DNA of 64,000 nucleotides from the human T2T-CHM13v2.0 reference genome, Homo sapiens: NCBI GenBank assembly GCA_009914755.4, contig CP086569.2, positions 16,288,001 to 16,352,000 of the forward strand, read 5' to 3'. Shown piece by piece: positions 41,999 to 58,447 of this stretch (position 1 is its first letter; each line of letters starts with the position of its first letter). The notes under the pieces were generated by a model. It saw only the letters and a program-made list of their open reading frames with translations, ran no database searches and was not told where the DNA came from. The position numbers and the translations under genes were made by a program.

Positions 41999-44439
41999 TG
42001 GAGATTTACTGTCTCCTTTGCCTGTGGGACTAGAGCCCCAGGGCCAGGGGAAACCCAGCATCCAAGGCATGCCATGAGGGAGCTTCACCCAGATGGAAAC
42101 CAGCTCTCCCCTGATCCCAGTGCCCTGGCCACTAGTGTAATGGAACCAGGGATGGAGCTGCAGGATGATACCAGCACTTCATAAACCATGGTAAGGAGTA
42201 AGAGCCCAAGGCAGCAAAGCCCATCCCATAGGGACAAAGGGGAGCCTGATCACCTGTTGGGGACTGACAATTAATCAAAGCTAGAGCATCTGGGGACAGC
42301 AGGAATGGCCTGCCAACTTGGATGAACCTCATGTCCCCACTAACAAAATGAAAGTGGTTCATTGGAACTGAAAAAAAGGAGAAAATGGGCCGATAGAGTG
42401 GCAAGTGCAGCAAGGCAGAGCTTGCTGTCAGGGTGGCAAGAGTAGCTTGCTACTCCAACTGGGAGTGTGTGGGTGCATGTGAACCTGCCCAGGACACAAA
42501 AGAGGCTCATTTAGTCTGATGAGGAGTCCTGCGGTAGGAGTGGTGTGTGTATTTGTGTGAATGTGGGAGTCTAACTGCAGTCAACCAGGACAGAAGAGAC
42601 TTGTTTCACCCAGTGAGGAGTCCTGGGGCAGGGGAGGTGTGTGAAAGTATGTTAAAGAGATGGTCTCAGGAGAGGCCAACATTGGCAATGATGTGGGGAG
42701 GCACAAGTCCTTTAGCACAGGCTGTGTGCTCTGAGGTGAGTGTGGGAAAATCAGACCTAGGACATTGCATACAGGTGATAGGACCAGATCTGCAGCCACA
42801 GCAGGCTCTAACAGGAGAATGCATGTTCCTGGCTAAGCAGCATCTGAAACTCCCATAATAGGACCCGGTCTGATGGACCAGAGAGTAAAAGTGACAGTGA
42901 AAGTGCGATGCAAGAGAGAAAATGGGAGAGCAAGTGTCAAAACCAACTCCTTTGGAGTGCATGATAAAGAATTTTGAAAAAGCGTTTAGAGATAATTATA
43001 GGATAAGACTGGATGTTCCAAAGTTAAGGATATACTGTGAATTAGACTAGCCTTCTTTCAATGTCAGATGGCTGGCTGAAGGCACTACAGAGAAATTGGT
43101 CGTGTTTTAAGGTGGTGACTAGGGTTGGAGGATAGCCAGGGCATTCAGACCTAGTCTTCATATAGACTCATGGCTAAATGAATGCAGCATTGCCTAGCAG
43201 CTTATTGTAGAATGCTCGCAGCTCACGTTGAGAGAAATCAGCTGCACTGGCAACTACAGAGTTAAAGGGAAAGTCACAGAGGCTTGTAGCACGCAGAGCC
43301 AAAAGTGAAAGTAAAAATCAGCTGCCCTGGAAGCTACGGAGACAAAAGAAAAGTCTCAAGAAAGAGAAAACCGGCTTTGCAAGAACTATAGGAGGGAACA
43401 GAGACCCCTCCTCCCTACATTCCAATCTACCCCCCTTTACCAAGGCTAACTGCCCCTAAGGAGCTAAATTCAAACAGATACATGCTCCTAGTCTCACTTG
43501 AGAAGGAGAAATCAGAGCTCGGGAAGTTGTGAAAGTTTCAAAAAGTCAGGCCATCTCAGTTCTGACCATGCCAATGTTATGCTCATGTCTCTTAAGAGGA
43601 CAAGGGGACCCCCACTAGGACCCAGATGATGCAGTCCAGCTTCAACACCTACAAAGTGCCAAGAAGTACTTCTGCAAAGGCTAAATGATGGTAAAAGAAA
43701 AGGCAACCAATATAAAAAGCTCAGAGGTGCTCCAACATGGAGATAAAAGCATCAGCCAGTGTTATAAAAGATTTTTAACAGCTGGAACTAAGAAATAAAG
43801 TACAAGGAAGAAATTCTACAGCTCTTAAATGCCGTATGGGACCCAAAAGAGGTGGCAGTGATGCACTGAAAGGGGCACCAAAAAGCAAGAACACTAAAGG
43901 CCAAAGAAAATAGAAAGGCAGACAGGGCAAAGAAAGCTTCAATGACAACTCCACGTTCTAAAGAGAAAGACTTAGCTATGCCTCTCCTCCTGGAGATTCC
44001 CCTCCCAGAGATCCCAAGCTACACTCTAGATGAAAAGTTTTGGTTTGGTCAGGAAACAGGGAAATATATTAAAAGTGAACGGTGGCTGTTCTCTGATGGG
44101 AGGCTAGCTGCCCCAGAGACAATAGCCCCAGATTTGTAAAATAGTTCCACCAAAGAACACACATTAGAAGCATGATCCTAGAGACTTTGATAGGTTGACA
44201 TTTCTATGTGTCACAGCTCTCTGCCATCATGCGTGCTGTCTGCAAACAACGTCTATCCTGTGCCTGAAATAATCCAAAACAAGGACCTACTTGGCCCCAG
44301 GAGTTCAGGAAACAGAAGCCAGGCCCTGTGAAAAACTGCTGATGGATTTCACAGAATTGCCCTGAAAGGGGGCTATCAGTACCTGTTGGTGTTCATTTGC
44401 ACCTTTTCAGGATAAGTCGAGGCTTTCCTCACCTGGACA

Positions 44440-44578
44440 GTGAAGGCACTAGAAGTGACCAAGTTGTTGTTAAGAGACATTATTCCCAGATTTGGACTGC
44501 CTCTAACTATAAGATCAGAAAATGGACCAACATTTGTGGCTGAAATAGTTCAGAACTCAACTATTAAAAATAAAGTGG
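44440..44578 (+). pseudogene. Integrase catalytic-core remnant of the Pro-PBS ERV (upstream part, interrupted by L1)
   Basis: KALEVTKLLLRDIIPRFGLPLTIRSENGPTFVAEIVQ (gamma-retroviral IN: IGSDNGPAFVA region). Confidence 0.7.
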
Positions 44579-50649
<6,071 letters not shown>

Positions 50650-50661
50650 AAAATAAAGTGG

Positions 50662-50985
50662 TAAAAACATACAGCCTACAGGCCACAGAGCTCAGGTAAA
50701 GTGGAGTGCATGAACCAGACACTCAAACAGCTGCTGAAGAAATTTTGTCAAAAGACTCGTCAAAAGTAGGATCAGATCTTGCCCATGGTCCTCCTCCAAG
50801 TCAGGTGCACCCCCATCAAACAAACTTGGTATTCGTCCTATGAGATTTTTTTCAGCCAGTCACCTGCCATCATAAATCAGATTAAAGGTAATCTCTGTAA
50901 ACTAGGAGAACTAACTTTAAAAAGTCACATGCAGGCTTTAAATATGGCCATGGAAAAGATGCATGGATAAGTATTGAAAAGAATG
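50662..50985 (+). pseudogene. Integrase remnant continuing after the L1 insertion
   Basis: TAYRPQSSGKVECMNQTLKQLLKKF...LLQVRCTPIKQTWYSSYEIFF (MLV IN: AYHPQSSGQVERMNRTIKETL...LLRVRNTP...TPYEIL). Confidence 0.75.
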
Positions 50986-50990
50986 TCTAA

Positions 50991-51045
50991 GGCTGGGCGC
51001 AATGGCTCACACCTGTAATGCCAACACTTTGGGGGGCCAAGGCAG
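50991..51045 (+). mobile_element. 55-bp Alu 5' fragment forming the left junction of the nested HERV9 block
   Basis: ggctgggcgcaatggctcacacctgtaatgccaacactttggggggccaaggcag. Confidence 0.75.
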
Positions 51046-52010
51046 TGCCCCTACCACTAGTGAATGCCTTCTCATCCCCTCTTTCAATCACTCTATCAAA
51101 TGGTTCCTATTGGATACAAATTTTTTTTTTCTCCAGTGGGAAGATAGAACACAGGGAGCCACTCAGTTTGCTCCCAACACCCCTTTCCAGCCACTCACTG
51201 GAGTTACCTTAGCAAGTACTCTAGGATTATGGGAAAATGAAAACAACAAACTCACATACCTTTTTAACATACATAACCAGTTCTGTCTACCCAGCCAAGG
51301 CATATTCTTCTTATGTGGAATGTTGACCTATATCTGCCTCCCCACTAACTGGACAGGCACCAGCACCTTAATCTTTCTAAGTCCTAACATTAACATTGCC
51401 CCAGGAAATCAGACCTTATCAGTACCCCTCAAAGCTCAAGTCCATCAGCGCAGAGCCATACAACTAATACCCCTACTTACAGGGTTAGGAATGGCTACTG
51501 CTACAAGAACCGGAATAGCTAGTCTATCAACTTCATTATCCTACTACCACACATTCTCAAAGGATTTCTCAGACAGTTTGCAAGAAATAACGAAATCTAT
51601 TCTTACTTTACAATCCCAAACAGACTCTTTGGCAGCAGTGACTCTCCAAAATTTCTGAGGCCTAGACCTCCTCACTGCTGAGAAAGGAGGGCTCTGCACC
51701 TTCTTAGGGGAAGAGTGTTGTTTTTGCACTAAGAGTTGGGGATAGTATGAGATGCTGACCAGCATTTACAGGAAAAGGATTCTGAAATCAGACAACGCCT
51801 TTCAAATTCTTATACCAACCTCTGGAGTTGGGCAACATGGCTTCTCCCCTTTCTAGGTTCTGTGGCAGCCATCTTACTGTTACTCACCCTTGGGCCCTGT
51901 ATTTTTAACCTTCTTGTCAAATTTGTTTCCTCTAGAATCAAGGCCATCAAGCTACAGATGGTCTTACAAATGGAACCCCAAATGATTTCAACTAACAACT
52001 TCTACTGAGG
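51046..52010 (+). pseudogene. HERV9 env 3' half (SU C-terminus, furin-like site, TM with CX6CC), nested inside the Pro-PBS ERV
   Basis: ORF 51002-51658 and its continuation: ...NWTGTSTLIFLSPNINIAPGNQTLSVPLKAQVHQRRAIQLIPLLTGLGMATATRTGIASL...[26 protein letters not shown]...LWSWATWLLPFLGSVAAILLLL. It is co-linear with the env remnant at 5669-5947 (opposite strand). Confidence 0.85.
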
Positions 52011-52169
52011 ACCCCTGGACCAACCCACTGGCACTTCACCTGGCCTGGAGAGTTCCCCTCTGAAGGACACCACAACTGCAGGGCCCATTCTTCACCCCTA
52101 TCCAGCAGGAAGTAGCTAGAGCGGTCATCGGCCAAATTCCCAACAGCAATTGGGGTGTCCTGTTTAGAG

Positions 52170-53056
52170 GGGGGATTGAGAGGTGATAGCATGCTGGCAG
52201 TCCTCAGGGCCCTCGCTTGCTCTTGGCACCTCCTCTGCCTGGGCTCCCACTTTGGTGGCACTTGAGGAGCCCTTCAGCCTGCTGCTGCACTGTGGGAGCC
52301 CCTTTCTGGGCTGGCCAAGTCTGGAGCCCACTCCCTCAGCTTGCAGGGAAGTGTGCAGGGAGAGGCATGAGTGGGAACTGGGGCTGCCTGTGGCGCTTGC
52401 AGGCCAGCTGGAGTTCTGGGTGGGTGTGGGCTTGGCAGGCCCCACACTTGGAGAGGCCAGCCAGCCCTGCTGGCCCCGGGCAGTGAGGGGCTTAGCACCT
52501 GGGCCAGCGGCTGCGGAGGGTGTACTGGGTCCCCCAGCAGTGCCAGCCCACTGGCGCTGTGCTCGATTTCTCACTGTGTCTTAGTTGCCTTCCCATGGGG
52601 CCGGCCTTGGGACTGCAGCCAGCCATGCCTGAGACTTCCCCCGCCTCCATGCATTCCTGTGCAGCCCAAGCCTCCCTGATGAATGCCACCCCCTGCTCCA
52701 CGGTGCCCAGTCCCATCGACCACCCAAGAGCTGAGGAGTGCAAGAGCATGGTGTGGGACTGGTGAAGCCAGCTGGGCTCCTTAGTCTGGTGGGGATGTGG
52801 AGAGTCTTTCTATCTAGCTCAACAACTCCAGACACACCACCTTAAGAGCTGTAACACTCACCGCGAAGGTCTGCAGCTTCACTCCTGAGCCAGCGAGACC
52901 ACGAACCCACCAGAAGGAAGAAACTCTGAACACATCTGAACATCAGAAGGGACAAACTCCAGATGTGCCACCTTAAGAGCTGTAACACTCACCACGAGGG
53001 TCCGCGGCTTCATTCTTGAAGTCAGTGAGACCAAGAACCCACCAATTCTGGACACA
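52170..53056 (+). mobile_element. LTR12-family LTR (HERV9 3' LTR), a variant with a GC-rich U3 and no CCAAT tandem array
   Basis: The 3' ~230 bp (52830-53056) reads ccttaagagctgtaacactcaccgcgaaggtctgcagcttcactcctgagccagcgagaccacgaacccacc...gaccaagaacccaccaattctggacaca, which is the LTR12 R/U5. The 5' part is about 62% GC without the ATTGG repeat units seen in the other two LTR12 copies. Confidence 0.75.
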
Positions 53057-53099
53057 CAACCACCCTAGGACCCATATAGGAGAGGCCCATTTTGTGATG

Positions 53100-55560
53100 T
53101 CTACTCCCACTGCTCTTAAAGTTGCAGGTGTCACACCTTGGATGCACCATAGTTGGCTGAAACCAGTGGCAGCAGTGACTCCTGATGATGACCAGTGGAT
53201 TAGCCAACAAGACCCAGATCACCCCACCCCAATAGTCCTACAGCAAAACCCAACCACCAGTAAGAAGGACAACTGCCCTGCTCTAACCACACCAGAGGGT
53301 GGTCAGTCTACGCATGGCTGAAGCTTGAGGATCCTGCAAGCTCTGCTCTAGTCACATCCCAGAAGCTAACTAGTCTACGTACAGATGAAGCTAAAAGGAC
53401 CATCTCTGGATAAGTAAATGTAAATACAATTTATAAGTGTAATTATAATTCTGTCAATACTGATTGTTCTGTTGTTATTACTGCAAATGCTGCAAACGTC
53501 TATGCCCAGAGGAAGGTTTGTCATGCCCATGTGTAGCGTAAGAATATTTCTATTACATATACTAATGTTCTTACCATTTCTGCCTATACTAAAAAAGGAG
53601 AAATCTCTAGAAGGATGCCCACACTGTGTACATACTACCTGGGTAAGGAATATCACAGTTAAAACTGTACTGTACCATACCTACTATGAACGTACAGGAA
53701 CAAAGTTAGGAACCTGCACATACAACCAAACCACCTATTCAGTCTGTGACCCAGAAAGTAATCAGCTATATGCATGGTATGACCCTAAGCACTTACCCTG
53801 TGAATTCTGGATTGGGGTACATATTAAATCAGAGAGATAAAAAGAAAGAGAGCATATAGCTCAAAACAAAGAAGGCCCTCCATCCTATAAAAGATCTACT
53901 TCCTTGCACTTTGATGCCTGCCATGCCAAATATGTTCATAATCATAAAAAGCCAGAAGCAGTCTGCAATGGTTTAACACAAGAGAGGCTTAGCAAAAGCA
54001 GCCCTAAACATCTGTACTGAGAACCACAAATAGGATGCCCAGACTGTAACATTCAGTGTTCTGTGCTGACACAGCTCCAACATTTATATTCAGGAACGAC
54101 TACTCTGCTAAGTAGTATGTCAACCAAACCAAATTGTAAGACAAGGACATGCAATCCTTTAAATTTTACTGTCTTAAAGCCAGAGCTACCTTTTTGGTCT
54201 ACAGGACAGACAGCACTATTACGAGTTGATAGACAAGCAGCAGGCCTTGGAGTTCCATTACTGATTGTCAAAAAGACTAGAAGGACTCAAATGCATCCAA
54301 ACCTGCAATTCCAGGTTGATAAGTCATTCTATAAGCAGTTTGATCAGTCAGTGCCTGAGCTTCCCCCATCAACCAAAAACTTATTTGCTCAAAGTGAAAA
54401 CAAAACTGACAGCTTAAGAATTTCGTCATGCTATGTATGTGGACGAACTAATATGGGGGACCAGTGGCCATAGGAGGCAAAATAATTAATGCCACAAGAC
54501 AACTTCACTTCGCCTAACCTTGCCAGAGAACCAACAGCCTCAGCTAGTGTTTGGTTGTTAAAAACCTCCGTAATGGGAAAATACCATATTGCCCATTGGG
54601 GAAAGGCTTTCACAGAGGCAGTAGGAAAAACCAACCTGCCTAAGGCAACAGTATTATAATGAGACTAAAAACAAAACTGTATGAAGAAATGCCCAGAACA
54701 ACTCCTACTTAGCAGATCCAAACCCTTTCTCTTGGTTCTCTACTCTAAGCCACTCTTGGCATCAGCTAGAGTCTCCAAATGCTTGGAAAGCACCCTCTGG
54801 CCTATCTTGGGTCTGTGGAGCATGGGCATATTGGCAACTGCTGGCTAAATGGACAGGGGCCTGTGTGTTAGAAACAATCAAGCAATCCCTCTTTCTAATT
54901 CCTCTAAAGCAAGGGGAACTCTTAGGGTATCCAGTTTATGATGAAAAATAATAGAAGAAACATAATCACAAAAATAGACACAAATATCAAAAAGATGTGG
55001 ATAGAGAAGACTGGAAAGAGAATAAATGACTCCTGAAAAAAATATTAAATACTATGGGCCAGCTACCTGGTTGCAAGACGGGTCATGGGGTTACCGCAGC
55101 CCAATCTATATGCTGAACTGCATCATAAGTTTGCAGGCAGTCCTTGAAATTATAACCAATAAAACATCAAGGGCACTAAATTTGTTGGCAGTACAAGCAA
55201 GACAAATGAGAAATGCTATACATCAAAATAGATTAGCTTTAGATTATTAACTCTTAGCCCTAGAGGAAGGAGTATGTCGCAAATTTAATTTAACCAACTG
55301 TTGCCTAGAGATCAGTAATAATGGCCGAGCTGTCATGAAAATCACAGCTAGAATGCACAAGCTGGCCCATGTCCCTGTTCAGACTTGGTCCGGATGGTCC
55401 CCAGATTTCTTGTTTGGAGGATGGTTCTCAATCATGGGAGGATTCAAAACCCTCATTGGTGGGTTTTTGTTTATTCTTGTCATCTGCCTCATCCTCCCTT
55501 GCCTTTTACCCCTGCTTATTAGGAGTAATCAGTCCACTATAGAGGCAATAGTAACCTGAC
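53100..55560 (+). pseudogene. env remnant of the Pro-PBS ERV (SU and TM; several stops)
   Basis: ORFs 53472-53840, 54063-54473, 55026-55250 and 55335-55559. The TM part reads [41 protein letters not shown]...[36 protein letters not shown] (ISD-like heptad region, C-x7-CC, membrane anchor, short tail), with an in-frame stop inside the ISD. Confidence 0.7.
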
Positions 55561-55678
55561 ACACTACCAAGCAATTGATGGCATCAAACAAATATCAGTC
55601 ATTGCCTGTAGAATAAGAAGCTCAGCTCCATGAAGAGGTGGCAAACAGTGGTGCTTTCAATTAACACCTTTGTTATAA

Positions 55679-55695
55679 AAAGCACCAAAGGGGGG
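55679..55695 (+). promoter_or_regulatory. Polypurine tract of the Pro-PBS ERV
   Basis: aaaaagcaccaaagggggg immediately upstream of the 3' LTR start aatggaacagg. Confidence 0.6.
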
Positions 55696-56355
55696 AATGG
55701 AACAGGAATTAAAAGAAATTAAAGAATGTGTAAGCAGAAACTCACTTGTATGTAAGAAAATTCAGTTCCCCTTGAGAAAAAGAAAGAGCTGGAGTCCTTT
55801 AAAAATTAACTGTCTGTTTTTCTGTGGCTAGTGAGCCTTATCTCTCCCTTTCCCAGGCATTGTGAAGACCTTGTTGCTCTAGCTGAGCAACTGGAAGGTC
55901 ACTAGACAGATAAACTCAAGTCATAAACCATGTTTATCCTTGAAAAGTAAGAAATGATGTAATGCATGTCTCAATTAATTGAATAACCATCTTTGTTTCT
56001 CGCTTCTGTAATGCTTCCCTCTGCACAGATCTCCCCCAGCCCCACAAAATGCTTAAAGGTAACTTAACTCTTTGTTCAGGCTTAACTCTTTGTTCATCCA
56101 TTGATTAACATCACTGGATGTTAATCAGACTGGGCCAGTGTACCTAATAATTTATTATTTATTATTATTATTAATTATTATATTATTATATTATTTATTA
56201 TTAATATAATTTATTATTTTTAGTGTAGCTAAATAATAAACTAAATGAATAATAACTAACTAACTAACTAAATAATTTATTATTTAGTGTACCTAAATAA
56301 TAAATAACCTCCTGAACCCCATTGGTCTCTCTGATTCCTTATCAATCCTGCTACA
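55696..56355 (+). mobile_element. 3' LTR of the Pro-PBS ERV (about 660 bp, including an AT-rich insertion)
   Basis: aatggaacaggaattaaaagaaattaaagaatgtgtaagcagaaactcac...cctgaaccccattggtctctctgattccttatcaatcctgctaca. Confidence 0.75.
56140..56300. repeat. AT-rich simple repeat ((TTATT)n / (TAAC)n, about 160 bp) inside the 3' LTR only
   Basis: taataatttattatttattattattattaattattatattattatattatttattattaatataatttattatttttagtgtagctaaataataaactaaatgaataataactaactaactaactaaataatttattatttagtg. It is absent from the 5' LTR copy. Confidence 0.9.
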
Positions 56356-57968
56356 CTGTCACTGTTCAAAGATGAGTGTACATTGATGGCCACCTATGTC
56401 AGTTTTCTTGATGGGTTGACAGCACCAACAGTTTTGTTTGGTTTAAATGGGAAATCATGGTTGTTTCCATTAATGCTGTCAACCTAAGTGGTGTGCAGTG
56501 TTTCAGTTTCCTGAAACTCAACATGTTCAAATGCCTAAAATGGAACTTATCCCTATTCTGAGGCCTCACGGCTTCCTCTAATCTCAACTTCTGGACAAGT
56601 CACTGCTATTCACCTGCCTTCTCCCTCCCATCCCTCTATGCCTAGCTGTCAGCTGAACGGCCTCTGAATCAACCTCTTCTCTTCCTTTCATTCCAACCCC
56701 ACAGGTCCTTGTAGTCAGTTGAAGGGTGGCTCCCAAAAATACATGTCCATGTCCTAATGCCCAGGGCCTGAGAATTGTACCATATTTGAAAAAAAGACCT
56801 TGCAGATGTGATTAAATGAAGGATCTGGAGATGGGCAGTCTGTATCATCCTGGTGGGCCCAACATCCAATGGCAGGGGTCCTTATTTAGAGGAGACAAAA
56901 GGAGAGAAGAGAAGGCCATGTGGAGCTGAGATAAAGTAATTTCCTGTTGTTTTAGGCCCCCCAGTTTGTAGGATACTCATGCAGTTCTTCTATCATTCAC
57001 CTAGACAATAGCAACAGTGTTCAGTCTCCAGTGTCTAAGCCCCAACAGTCCACATCTTCAGAAGCACCCTTCTAGAAATCATGTGCTCACCAGGCTCTAT
57101 GATGGGTACGAGATAAAATCTGAATTCCTTAGCCTGGCACAAGGCTCGCTGTCCTCTGGCCTTGGCAGGCATGTCGACCTATGCTCCACCTCTCACCAAG
57201 TCCTTTTGTCCTGAAATACCCTTAGCCCTTCCTCCTCCACCTCACTGACTCCCCAACCCTACTGATGGCTCATTTGGGATTCATGTGCTCTGCTGTGAAG
57301 CATGTCCAACTGGCCAACTTCCTTTTCCTGGCTCCCAAGGAAATCGAGTCATCTCTAGCAGATGAATGATGATAATGTAGAAGAACAGATCATGTCCAGC
57401 TCCCCCTGTACAAGTTACAGGACACCAGCCTGCAGTCCCCTGAAGAAGAGGGATGATGATGTATTCATTTGACTCAGTTGTCTCAGTATCTGGCAGTTGG
57501 TGGACTTGCTGTGAAGTCAGTCAGGTTCATGAATTGAAGGAAAACCTTGAACATCTCAACCTCTCCTCCAGAGCCCTCATAGATCCACCTTATGCTTTTC
57601 TTAAATTCTTTTTGAACTTAAAATTCTCTCCCCAAATTCTCCACAGCAGAAAGTGCCACCTGCCTTCAGCCATCTGAATGGAGCCACCTAAATGCTGGGA
57701 ATATTAAGCCATTTATTTTAACTACATCTAGTGCTTTGCTAACTGTATTGCTAAATGACTTGAGGTGGGCAACTTTAAAGGCTTTTATCAGGCTGCTGTC
57801 AGCACAGCAAGGTCAGCATAACTGATTTAACAAGAGGAGGACTGAGATAAGGCTAGAGCTTCTGATGAGGCTCCCATGAGTGGAGGAATACCAGGTTCTT
57901 TGTCTCGAGTCAAATTAGAAAAAATGACATGGACATATGTGGAGCAGTTTTAAGAAGCTGAGAGTTTA

Positions 57969-58447
57969 TGTGCCACATTTTCTTAATCCAGTCTATCACT
58001 GATGGACATTTGGGTTGGTTCCAAGTCTTTGCTATTGTGAATATACACCACGGAACACTATGTGGCCATAAAAAATGATGAGTTCATGTCCTTTGTAGGA
58101 ACATGGATGAAGCTGAAAACCATCATTCTCAGCAAACTATTGCAAGGACAGGAAACCAAACACCGCATGTTCTCACTCATAGGTGGGAATTGAACAATGA
58201 GAACACTTGGACACAAGCAAGGGAACATCACACACTGGGGCCTGTTGTGGGGTGGGGTAGGGGGGAGGGATAGCATTAGGAGATATACCTAATGTGAATG
58301 ACGAGTTAATGGGTGCAGCACACCAACATGGCACATGTATACATATGTAACAAACCTGCACGTTGTGCACATGTACCCTATAACTTAAAGTGTAATAAAA
58401 ATAAATAAATAATAAATAAATAAATAAATAAATAATAAAAAATATAA
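57969..58447 (+). mobile_element. L1 3'-end fragment (about 480 bp, with an internal deletion), 17-bp TSD AAGAAGCTGAGAGTTTA
   Basis: tgtgccacattttcttaatccagtctatcactgatggacatttgggttggttccaagtctttgctattgtgaatat | acaccacggaacactatgtggccataaaaaatgatgagttcatgtcctttgtagg... runs through the L1 3'UTR and an (AAAT)n-rich tail. The direct repeats are at 57952-57968 and 58448-58464. Confidence 0.9.

Noticed and set aside
52160-52840. GC-rich stretch (about 62% GC) with several overlapping ORFs of 80-136 aa on both strands; possible CpG island or gene
   Set aside because: By eye there are roughly 20 CpG dinucleotides in about 680 bp, giving an observed/expected ratio well below 0.6. The ORFs are proline/alanine/glycine-rich, low-complexity, both-strand artefacts typical of GC-rich DNA. 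The block is continuous with the LTR12 R/U5 region and is best explained as a variant LTR12 U3.
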